In this document: positions 25,502 to 36,830 of the stretch, one piece after another
Layout of the letters: each line of letters starts with the position of its first letter
Position numbering within the stretch: the first letter of the stretch is position 1
NCBI GenBank assembly: GCA_038496445.1
Contig: JALMLS010000603.1
Location: forward strand, 1 to 46,921
DNA length: 46,921 nt
From: Trichosphaerium sp. ATCC 40318
Taxonomy: Eukaryota; Protista; Tubulinea
Direction of reading: 5' to 3'
Notes under the pieces: model-generated
Told to the model about the DNA's origin: nothing
What the model saw: the letters and a program-made list of their open reading frames with translations, nothing else
The model's database searches: none
Position numbers and translations under genes: made by a program

Positions 25502-28500
25502 ATGGAAAGCGTGTGTACACTGATCTTATTTGTATCATTGGCTACAATGTCCCAAACTGTTTCGGGGCACAGAAACATTACTATACGTGCGTTAAAAGCA
25601 TCCACAACGTTTTTGAGATATTATAAAAATATTAACGAACGTTACAGTTTATGTCGGTAGTTGGACAAATAGTACAACTGCTGCAGCCTTCGCCGGTCAG
25701 TTTCAGTACGTTCATTACAACTCCGAAGGTTTTTAGTTGTTTTGCTTTTTGGGTGGTGTAATCAAAACGTTGTTACGGTAGATAGGGCTAAAATAATGCT
25801 TCCACGTGATTAACGATATTAATTTTGCCCTGTAGAAATCAAGTGGATTATTTGGAAGACTGGATGGCAAGACCAGAGAACCTACTAACAATCAACGGAG
25901 AAAAAGTTGGTTTTAAAGTAAAGTATGTATCATTTGAACTATTTTTGAACGAAAGTGAAAAACTGGCTATTTTTGGCATAAACTCGTGTCCTACACGTGA
26001 TTTTATTTTTTTTTTATGTATTAAATGTTAGTTTTAGAACGGTTAATGGTATTTTTAAAGCCCCAGCTACGCATCTGGAAGGACTTAACGATCCGAACGT
26101 TTCTTTGTATATTTCTTTTTCAGACTCTGCTTCGTTTTCAAATGGTGTATATCAACTCTATGATCAGCATCGAACACTACTTCGTACGTATCAATCAATA
26201 CCCGTGATGCCCTGTTAAGTATTTGTAGTAAATTTAGAGTCAATACCAACGGAGGTTAGCAAGAAGTCGAAATACAGTTTAACAATGGCGCCATCTTCCG
26301 ATACTACATTCTTTAGCTCGCTGCCTTCTCTTCGTCTAGTTGGAGCAAAAACAATCACAATAATTCACAGTCCTGTTTTCGCAATTGGCAGGAGGTATAG
26401 TCGCTTTAATTAAAGTAGTTCACACTCGTAATTACTTGTGTAGTTGTCAAAGCTCAATTCTTAGAGATGAACTTCAACTTCAAGGATTCAAAATTATTGG
26501 AGACTTTATTCTTGAACGTAAGATTTTTAAAGACTCACAGCACACTTAAACTAATACTCTACAATTTAGCACACCCACTTTCAGGTGCAGTAGTAATCAA
26601 TGACCACCATTCTTACAGCGATTCATTGAAAGCAAATATTTCTGCAACTGCTTTACTTGCCAAGGAGCTTGATGCTGATGCATGGTAAGTAGTTAAGTCT
26701 CTTTACTATGTCTTAACGTCGACTCTACAGGCTGTTTTGTACCGGTGCTACGGATACTGTAGGATTGGTAATGAAGACATTACGTGACGTAGATTACACA
26801 CCTCGTTTCGTTGGCATCACATCAACTACTTACACATACAATACAATCCGCACTCCTGGGTTATTTAATGCAGATTTATGGCAATATGTTTCAGTGTCGG
26901 CTGAGGTAATAGTGATTCTCAGCTACTCAGTTCTAACGAGAATTTTTAGTTTGATTCTGAAATGAGGTATCCACCTGTATCAGAGTTTACTACGTACAGC
27001 AAGTTCGTTGAAGAGTTTGGAGAGTACAACAATGGCAAAGAATTATTTTATGGGATTCCTTTTGTTGTAGCATACACGACATTAAGGAGAGCTATCATCG
27101 ATGCCATAGATGAGTATGGAAATGACATTAGAGTAAGGCTATTTTTGGTAGTATTATTTTCAAATCATTGGTACTATTGACACGTGCTTAGTTAAACTCT
27201 AATTCTGTTCTGGAGCTCGTAACAAGTGCCAATTCCACAAATGTTTGTGACAATAGTGTAAGTACTGCTAAGGTATTCTTGCGCTTTTGACATTTGTATT
27301 AGCTTTATGATGTGTTGTATCAAATTATTTACAGGTATAAGCTTGATACCATCACGGGTAGGTACTCATGGGATGTAAATTCAGCACAACAAAGGTAAAA
27401 AGAAGCTTTTAATTTTGAGTTTTAACCGTGTCTTTCTAGAGATTGGTTACACTTGCAGCTTCAAGAAAAAGGCAAATTCTCAATTGTTGGTAATATGAGA
27501 ACTCTCCTTCAACTTGTTTTTAACATATCTTAGCGCCTCCTTCAACCAAGATAGCTGATTTGATATACCCAATGCCCAAATGGCACGAGCGTATATTTGA
27601 TCCTAAATATGGTAACAAAACCCTTTTGATCCTTTAGCTAAACAGACACCTAAGGTCACTGGACAGAAATTCTTGTTACAATAACAGCATGCGTATTTTT
27701 CTGTATTAACGTTGGGTGGGCTATCTTTCTTCCCCTGAATGTTAACGACAGAAAAGTCAAGGTAATAACAGTGTAATCAAATCCTGGTGCTAACAGTTCA
27801 TTGAAAAGGCTTCCTCACCTTTGTTTATGGGCATTATGTTGCTTGGAAGCACTTTGCTTTTTATTTCAGTATTCACTTTACTTCCAAACGTTGTATCAAC
27901 ATGGACGTGTATAACATCAGCATGGATTTTGGACCTTGGGTTTGTTCTACTGTTTGGGCACGTTGTTATTCATATCTTGTCGTCTCTAACTGTCCTTCAG
28001 ACCCTTGCTTGGGAAGACTCTTCGTATTGATAGATTGTATCATAAAGAATCAGTAGAGATCATACGGATAACAGATAAGATGGTTCTCATGTGGGTTGGC
28101 GCTCTTGTAGGCTGTCACCTTGTACTCTTGGTGGTGTTGGTACGCTGTTTTCTTCGTTGCTTCGTTCTCTAACTGTTTGTTAGACTGCTACAGGTAGATC
28201 TGATAGGGTGTTAGTTGTGGTTGACCCAGTTCGGGTTTTTCAGAACTATTACACGTGCCAACATGATCTTGCGTACAAAATAATATCATATATCATTGTA
28301 TCGGCCAACGTAAGGAAGTATCACGTGATACAACTTTTTTCTAATGAAGAATATATTTAGGGTATTTTGCTGTTGGTTTGTAGTTTTTTTGCTTTCAGAG
28401 TTAGATCTATACCATTGAAGCAATACAACGAATCAAAGATCATTTTCTTTACTGTTTACAATGTAGCTTTCTTCTCTATATTGAGCGTTGCTTTGGCTGC

Positions 28501-28764
28501 ATCTAGTATTGAACGATTTGCTCGGTTTGTGCTTGTTTCACTTTGTATCTTGTTGGGCTCAGGTATGCATTAAAGTTGCGTATGATGCTTACTGTTGTTT
28601 TTAGCTATAACTGTGAATTCTTTCTTTTTGCACAAGACTCAATCCACATTCATGTCTCCGTCAACCAAGACTAAGTTTTCAACTGGGTCTGTTAATTCAA
28701 GGTACGTACATTCAAAGTACTGTCATTCGCATAACTTATTTTTAGTGGGACAAATAGAGAATAA
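25502..28764 (+). CDS. Class C (GABA-B/Grl-like) G-protein-coupled receptor, multi-exon
   Basis: Signal peptide MESVCTLILFVSLATMSQTVSG and a long extracellular region compatible with a periplasmic-binding fold. The 7TM region has ASSPLFMGIMLLG, WILDLGFVLLFG-LLGKTLRI and the 7tm_3 signature FRVRSIPLKQYNESKIIFFTVYNV. Confidence 0.88.
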
Positions 28765-28945
28765 TGTAAAATGACAACAACAATATTCAGAACACTTTGA
28801 ATGACGCTTCACTTGAGTTTATAAGACGATACGTATGTAAATGATAAAAAACTTTTGCGTTTTATTAAACCAGATATTGTTTGTATGAAGAAAGCGTGTA
28901 AGTTCCAAAAAAGGGTGAGTCCTAAGACAGTTGGTTTTTTTTTGT

Positions 28946-30000
28946 TTACATTTTAAAGTCTTTTGTAACATAACGACGTCCGTCTTTGTCAATCTGACAA
29001 TTAGTCAAGTTATCAAGACCTTTCATTGTTACATAACGACATTGGTCAATCTCCAAAACACGACATCCCTTCAAATGCTTCAACCCTTCATCAGTAATAG
29101 CGCACATCGACAAAGTCAAAAAAGGAACTTTCGAGAGATGCTTCAACCCTTCATCACTAACACCACGAACATTCGTTAAAGTAATATCCTCACATCCTGA
29201 TAGATGTTTAAGTCCATCGTCAGATATCCTCATACAACCACGGAGAACAACAACATTGACATTCTTTAAGTGAACCAAGCCATCATTTGTTAAGTTAATA
29301 GTATTACTTAAGTCAACTTTAAACGCTTTAGAAAGATGCTTCAAACCAGGTCCTCGTATGCCTGAACACATCTCAAGTGATAGTTTCTTCACCTTTGATA
29401 AATGAACCAACCCTTCATCTGTTATCTTCTGACATCTCACAAGAGAAACTCTTTCACAGTTTGACAAAGGTGGCAATCCAGCGTCTGTTATCTTTGGTGA
29501 AAATGCCACGTGTGGTGTAAAGAAGTGAAATTGTTTTATCTTCTTCAAGTGTTGTAACCCCTCGTCTGTTATCTCTTTACTTATGTTGAAGTAGAGGGTG
29601 TGGATGTTGGCGAAGTACGGAAATGATGCGTCGGTGATTTTGTTACAGTTAATCAAGTTGAGAGTACCAGTATTCAATAGTAAGTCCTTTAGGAGCTCCA
29701 TTACTGAGTCGGTAATAGTATCATAGACTCTGTAGCCTAGATCGCTTCCAGTATACTTTTTGACTAAATGAAGCTCGTGAGTGCGTAGCCAGACTTTAAA
29801 GTGATTGTCAAACGCTTTTGAGCATTGTCTGATTACTAAACCGTATTTCTGTCCTGAATCAGCTACAAAACTTGTAATTATTGACCAGATCTCTGAAGGG
29901 AGACATTGGAGCTTTGGAGGGATGCTAATGTGAATAAAAGTCTCCTCGTTTCCTAATCAGGTTCGTTTTTGCTGAATATGAAACCGCTTCTGGTTTTCAT
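28946..30000 (-). CDS. F-box/leucine-rich repeat protein (FBXL-like)
   Basis: ATG 30000, one short intron, F-box-like LQCLPSEIWSIITSF, then about 9 cysteine-containing LRRs (e.g. CQKITDEGLVHLSKVKKLSL). Confidence 0.85.
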
Positions 30001-30350
30001 TTGACTATAATCATTCTAACTACTGGAATGAGCGTGTATACTATTGATCATAATATTGAGCTTTGTTTAAAGATCGCACAAAGGCCTGTGGTTGATTGAA
30101 CAATCAAAGAATGTTCATGTCACAAACTTATCGTGATATTGATTATATGACTATATTACTTCGCTTCATTTAAAACAGGGACATTTCTTTGTTGTCGAAT
30201 TTACGTAGCTTACACATACTAAATAGTACATTGTTTTTGATGTCAAACACGTGCTTTTGTGCGTGGGGAAACAACAAACTCCAAAAAGGATGCTATTAAT
30301 TGGATAAGATTACAAGTTTTTTTGGCTGTTTATTTGGTTCTATACTACAC

Positions 30351-32350
30351 TTAGGAACCCATAGACTCCAAGCAAGCGTTTGCGTGGATGTTTAGTTCCA
30401 TGTTGGTACCTTTTATTTTTTTACTACAGAAAGGACATTGTGTGGTTGTGATGATTTGTACTTCATCGTCATCAAGAATTTCTCTGTTTATCTTTTGTTT
30501 TTTTTTGGGAGTGAATCCTGTTCTTTGTACATCATAATCCAAAGTAGTTCTCTTGCGTTTATTAACTAGAAACAATGTAATGAGAAATAGGTACAGTAAA
30601 TAGAGTTAAGTTTGACAACGATCGAAAAACAATAAAAAACAGTTCTGACTTTAAAAAAAAACAAGAAAAAAGTAGAAAGTTGTTACGTGTGTTGTACGTT
30701 GTTTCTTCTTCAAGAGACTATCTGAACTATGATTAATAGAATAATCAACACGTGGTGACACTTTTAACATTTCTATCTGATTAAGTGTTTCATCAATAAA
30801 CCGCTCTGCTTTTTTCTTTCCTTCTGGTATTTCTGCTCCTTCAAGTAGTGAAATATTTTGAGATACTTTGTTCCAAAAGTTATGAAGCAAGCTTATACTT
30901 TCGTGTATATCTTTTGTGCGTAGTACTATAAAATCACTTTCATTATCTAATTCCTTTAATATCTGCTTAATCTTCTGAAGAGAAACATCATACGTCAAAA
31001 GAAGTGCTAGAAACAAAATAAAATTAGGAAATTATTCTTCTCAGAAAACAGAGAAAATTGGTTTGTCACAACATGCCTTCATATTGATTTGGATCACCTT
31101 CGACAAGATAATATAGTTGCATATGTGGTCTTTCTGTCTTTAATGCTACCATTCTTGCTTTTTGTTTTACGTATCGGCCATCTGTAATAGATGCTGCCAG
31201 ATCTAACACAAAGTTAGAAATGTAGTTTGGTTTTCCAATGGTTGACTCACCTTTGATCTCCTTGCGTTCTATGAGATACGGTAACTTATACGTCTTATCC
31301 TCAGCACACTTGTAAACAAAACCATAATCCCCAGCAGGCATTGAAGCTGTTTCATAACTTGTGCCATGACCTTTTTTAGTTGGTGTTAGTTGGATTATTT
31401 TTATATGAAAAACCAATTTTGAACGCACGTTGTAAGGTTTTGCATGTTTTATGAAGTTGAGATAAACTACCACCACCTTCTCTTTCATCAACAACAAGAA
31501 CAACGCCTTTATCGTTATTATGAGCGTATAAACCTACAAAACAAGTTACAACCAATAATCTTTTTCGAAAAAAAGTGCAAAGTACTTTTAGGTGGAGTGT
31601 CCCTTACAGGTGATGATTCCAGGTCTATCATTTCTTCAGTTTTAGCTATGCCAGCTTCTGTAAGCTCATAAACAATTTCTTTATTCTTGGTCCTTCGTTT
31701 AACCAGTTGGCCATAAGTCTTCGACGCAAGCTGATCCAAGGTGCTACCAACGAGTGACTAATAAAAGTCTTAGCATAATTTTTTCTGTTTATCATGCCTG
31801 TGCACTCAAACAGTCTTCCTCGCATAATAAATTTGCATGTTCCAGTATAGTTTGTTTAGGCATTTGGCCTCCATCTACAGATTAATGTTAGTCTAAGGTT
31901 AGAATGTTTGGTAAACTTGAAAAACCTTTCTTAAGAACAACAAGACAAGCGCTTGCTGCATCCACAAACTTTTTATCTGTAGGCGCAGCAACTATTGCAG
32001 ACTTTGTTTTATGATACGTTAACATCTATTAAATGTTTGACATTAGCACAATAGAAACTCAGTAAAAAGGAAATAGCTCCATCCACTTAGTTGCGCATGG
32101 AATAAAAAGATGTTTGATGTGAGGTACCCGAATAGTATTTTTTGCGACACCTTTAACCTCATTTAGTTGTCTCTCATCTGCTATACAAGTAGTACATACA
32201 CCAAGACCAGTAATAGCCTTAAAAACAAATGTTAATCACGTGTTACCCCAAAAACGTTTTGTGACAAACCAACATTGTTTTGTATGGTACCTTACGTATT
32301 TCTCTAGCAAGTCCTAAATTGCACTGTCTTTTCTTTGGAGAGTTATCCAT
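30351..32350 (-). CDS. MUS81-like ERCC4 structure-specific endonuclease with C-terminal UBZ-type zinc finger, multi-exon
   Basis: N-terminal HhH-like segment (QLNEVKGVAKNTI) and winged-helix-like segment (GQLVKRR...YELTEAGIAK). Nuclease motifs VDERE, GDY, LIERKEIK|DLAASITDGRY..QK.RM and YYLVEG. C-terminal CPFC..LNIHANACL. Confidence 0.85.
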
Positions 32351-33461
32351 GTAGTACTTTTCTACCAGTTACTGTTAATATCTCACAATGGCCAGGTGCA
32401 CCAGCGTTGTATCTCACCTTTATCTAGAAGAATACGCAGAAACTTGTACCGTAAATTCTTTTTTGCGCAAGAAGTATAACTAGGCTTCATAATCGTCGCG
32501 TGGAACCGTTCTGTAGGTCTTGCCAGGAACTTACTTGGTTGGTTCTTTGTTATAGTCATCGTACGACCTCTTAAAACGGATTTAAAGTCAGAAATTTTGG
32601 GTTTTTTGGAAATAATTTTGATATGGCTAAAAACTACCTTGCCGTGTCTTCTGACTTGTGCTCTATCTCTCGGTACGTGCTGAGGTACACGTGAACCGCT
32701 CTTGATCATTTTTGTGAGTTGTATTAGGAATAACGCGTAACATACCTTCGCTGCGATTTAGATAGATCATAGAGCTCTAATACAGTATTATCTGACTGTA
32801 AAAAGTCTGCAACGCGTTCTAATGCCATTAAAGCATTTTCGTATTCAAAATACGGTTGTAAGCATCGCAATGATAATGTATTGGTACTGCTCAACAGTTT
32901 TTACTCGATTTAAAGTAAAACCGCTCTCGCGCACTTTTTTTCAGCAAAACGCTCAACATTAGTCAAGCTCAAGTTGCCTCGCAATAACAAAGAAGAACCA
33001 ACAGTCTAGAGTATTACCAACAACTTTACGTTTCAGCCTCTGTATGGGTTTTACGTGCGTAGAAGAGCCAAGTTCGACTATTTTTATGCGTTTCAGGAGC
33101 GTTGTGAGCGAGAGGCAAAAAAGTGCGAGTTTTCTTTGTAATATTCGGTTGCAAGCGGAAACGTTTAAGGGTGGAGTCCTACATTGAAAAATGATTGGTA
33201 TTTACACTCCCCAACCTGTTTGCATGGTCTATTGTCAATCACTGACTGAAGATGTACATTTCAGGTACTGCCAGAAACCAATTCGCAAGCAGAAATCCCC
33301 ACTGTACAAGATAGTGCCTTTTAGCTCCCATATTGTGGTTTTGTGCGTACGTGTAAATTACGTTTTCTTTTCGATGACCAGTGTTCGAAGCCACGTGATA
33401 TGACCGCTGTTGAAATTAACCATTACATATTTAGACCCAATTTACCAGTTACTACCTCTTA

Positions 33462-34639
33462 ATGGAAGCAAAACGCCAAGTAAGTAAACTAAAATGGTTA
33501 AAACAACTAATATTTAACTTTAGCTCAGTTCCAACATAGAACAAGCCTGTAACCGCCTATTGAGGCTTCCATTGGAGCTTCACCTTGAAATTATAGATCT
33601 AGATTTTGATATTTATCTAAAATGGCCTTTATTATCAAAGTACACAGCAACAACAACGAGATTTGATGCCGAACTACAAAAAAATGGTAAATGGTTGAAA
33701 AAACAAAGGAAAGAAAATAAATCGAAACTATTGTGTCGAGAGTATTGGACACAAGGTAAACGTGATGGAGACTGTACTCGCTGGTGGTACAGCAGTGGTC
33801 ATTTGTATTCGCAATGCAATTATGTCAATGACAACATTGAAGGAGAGTACAAGAAGTGGCACGATGAAGGACAACTTCATAAACAATATTTTTACATCAA
33901 TGGTAAACGAGAAGGAGAATACAAGCATTGGTATTCTTCAACGAGCTTACGTGAAAGTGGTCATTATTTAAATGATAAATTAGAAGTTAGTAAATGGCCG
34001 ATTGGAGAGTTACTGCCAATATGTCTCTGGTGAGCGAGATGGAGAGTATAAAATTTGGTATCCCAATGGTCTCTTGAAGTTTCATGGAAGCTATGAAGAG
34101 GGTGCATGTGAAGGAGAACACAAAGAGTGGTACGAGGATGGTCAATTGTGTTACAAGAAAACATACATTGATGGGTTTGAAGAAGGAGAACGCTTAGATT
34201 GGAGTCGAAATGGAACGATGACAAGGCAGCGTTATTACATACGAGGTGAGCTTCAAGGAGATGCAAAGAGTTGGTTTTCCAATGGTAACTTGTGGACATT
34301 TCATCATTATGTCAATGGTAAAAAAGAAGGCGAGTCCAAGACTTGGTGTTATAATGGACAGTTGGACTTTCTTGATAACTATGTTGACGGCAAGCCAGAA
34401 GGTATACATAAGGCTTGGTACAAAAGTGGTGAATTAGCAAACGAATGTCATTACATAAAAAGAGTTGGTATAAAAATGGCCAATTGAAGGAGCAACGTAA
34501 ATATGTCAATGGTAAACGTGAAGGAGAGTACAAGTGTTGGTATGATAATGGACAAATGAAGGAGTACAGGTTTTATACTGATGGTGAAGAGGTTGAAGAG
34601 CGTAAACTATGGAATGAAGATGGCAAATTGATTGATTGA
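33462..34639 (+). pseudogene. F-box-like + MORN-variant repeat gene with two frameshifting partial-repeat deletions
   Basis: Exon 1 MEAKRQ (33462-33479), then LLRLPLELHLEIIDLDFDIYLKWPLLSK. MORN repeats are split over three frames (33560-34033, 34002-34487, 34445-34639), with breaks near 33990 and 34460. Confidence 0.75.
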
Positions 34640-34782
34640 GTGCGATTGAACAAGGAAAAACATTGTTTTTAACATCCCTATTTAAACAAACAGAACTAAG
34701 AAAATAGTAAGAATACATTGTTTAACTTGCCACTTGGCAATTTGTCTGAGTTCAATGCTATGTGGCCCGCTATATATCCACA

Positions 34783-35480
34783 GTAACCGGCTAATACCTA
34801 GCGGAACTGAGATGGATGCATCACCAAAGGAATTTTCACAAAAAGATATGGCTACCAGGTTACGGTCTTAGTCAGTTATTTATTTCAGGGGTCATTACAT
34901 AGCTTTGGCGCATCCAAGACAGATTTTGGGTATTGAGATCAGTTCAGAATTTTTACGTGATAAGTGCTCATGGTACTTTTTTACAAATACGATAACACGA
35001 TAAATCCGTTTTCTTTTGTACACCTAAAACCAAAACAAAAAAAAATTGTGGGACCTGAATCACACCTGTAGCCCTGTCTCTGGTGATCCAATTGGTACTC
35101 ATTTTGTTTCAAATTGGTTTACATCCAGCGTGGTAATATGTAGTTTACACTAAAACCTACCACAGCATAGCCTTGCCAACGGGAGTACCTGACGTGCAAC
35201 TGTTTTTCAAATTGGTTCACTTTGTGCTGAGTAATTTATAAAACACTCCAAATACCTCTAAAACCCTTATAAACCAGATGCGAATACCTCCAAACGTATT
35301 TCAAACCGTCGGTAAACACATCATTGCGTACATACGTGTCTAAAATACATACAAAGGCATGTTTTCAGGACGAATTCCATTCCTCACCAACCGTTGCAAT
35401 AAAATTTCTTGAGCATGAGTATTGTTGTATACAGGCTAATACAGTTATTCATACGCGTATGGCGTTGGTTTACTCAAAGG
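34783..35480 (-). repeat. Left half of the dispersed repeat interrupted by the piggyBac element
   Basis: High identity to the reverse complement of ~24193-24866. Confidence 0.9.
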
Positions 35481-35964
35481 ATATCTCTGTCGACTGAATA
35501 GTCTCAAAGTGCATTTGGGGACCTGTACATCTTACAAACTGTTTCCACATCATGTGGCTAATCAATTGAGCAACATTAGAGTGGATACAGAACTAGTTAC
35601 ACATTTTCTGGAAATGCTATGTAAAATAAAACTATTTTCACGCAAAATATTCGAAGAACACCTCCACACTTGTAAATTGTTCAAAAAATCCCTGTACACT
35701 GTTAACCATGGAGCAGAGTGAAGGTACATTTATTAAACACTTTTACAAGTATAGAACCTCAAATAGTTACTTTATGTATGTAAACAAGCTTTTTATGCGT
35801 ATGAAATACAAAAACAGATGCGGAAATGGTTTTTAATGCTACTCACGTGATTTTTGCTTATAAGTATCTGATTCAGTGTTTTATACTCAACACACACTCT
35901 ATGACGCATGAAAAGTGGCTACAAGTTACTTTTAAAGGCTTTCACACTAACTTATTTGTACTAG

Positions 35965-36830
35965 AAATGTTAATGGCAGTACCTACATGGAAACGCCACA
36001 GTTGCCCGTGGGATGCTGTTTTTACTGCTTTACGGGTAGTTAGTGATGTTTGTGTGCGAAATTCAGTTAATTACAATTTTTTGTTAACACGTGCTAGGTA
36101 TTTACAGAAGCTCCAAGGCTGCTTGTACATCACAATGTTGATGCAAGCCGGGATAGATTTTACTACATGTTTTGCCGACACTTGTGCAGTTTAGAACAAA
36201 ATGCTGAAACAAGAGAAGAGTTGCTGGCTGAGCTAAAAGCTCACCGAAATGGCATGTATTCATATAAGTGTACTGTTCAAGAAGTACACAGTTATGTTCG
36301 TAAAATGTGCAGTGCATTCCATGTTACATCACACTGGTCCAATTGCAATTGTAAAGGTACTACAAAGGTATTTTTGTTTGTTCTTAACACTGATGTAGAT
36401 GAGAACATAATTGATGCTGTTGTTATTGTTGACTATGGCGATATACAAGCACATGTATCAAGATGGCTTTACAAATGTCTTACTGCATCAAAAGAATGTA
36501 ATTCGTGTTGGAGTGGAGGTTTCAAGTCTGTTAAAGTATGTGTCACTCTGCTACCATAGCTTATGTTGTTATTGTAGAGTGTTACAATCCCACCATTGAT
36601 TTCTGTGTATCCAAGTAGCAAGTCTATTATACCTCAGACCATTGAATTATATGGCCAGTATGTGAATAATTTTTTTGTGAAAAACTTATGGACGTAGAGT
36701 ATGGCATGCAAGTTATTTTTTAATGCGGCAACCGAATGGTCCTCATTTCACTACATATGTTAATTATAATGATACTTGGTGGTTTGTTGATGGAAGGTGT
36801 GTGTCGTTGTATATAAAGGCAGTACACACA
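35965..36830 (+). CDS. USP-fold (papain-like) cysteine protease domain inside the transposon, probably the N-terminal part of the transposase gene; possible start codon at 35708
   Basis: Spliced exons give Cys box TWKRHSCPWDAVFTAL (Cys 36003-36005), CNC...CNSC zinc ribbon, TIPPLI, and His box NGPHFTTYVNYNDTWWFVDG (His 36744-36746, Asp 36789-36791). Confidence 0.65.

Noticed and set aside
32383-32709. 108-aa ORF upstream of the MUS81-like gene
   Set aside because: No recognisable motif; lies in probable promoter DNA.
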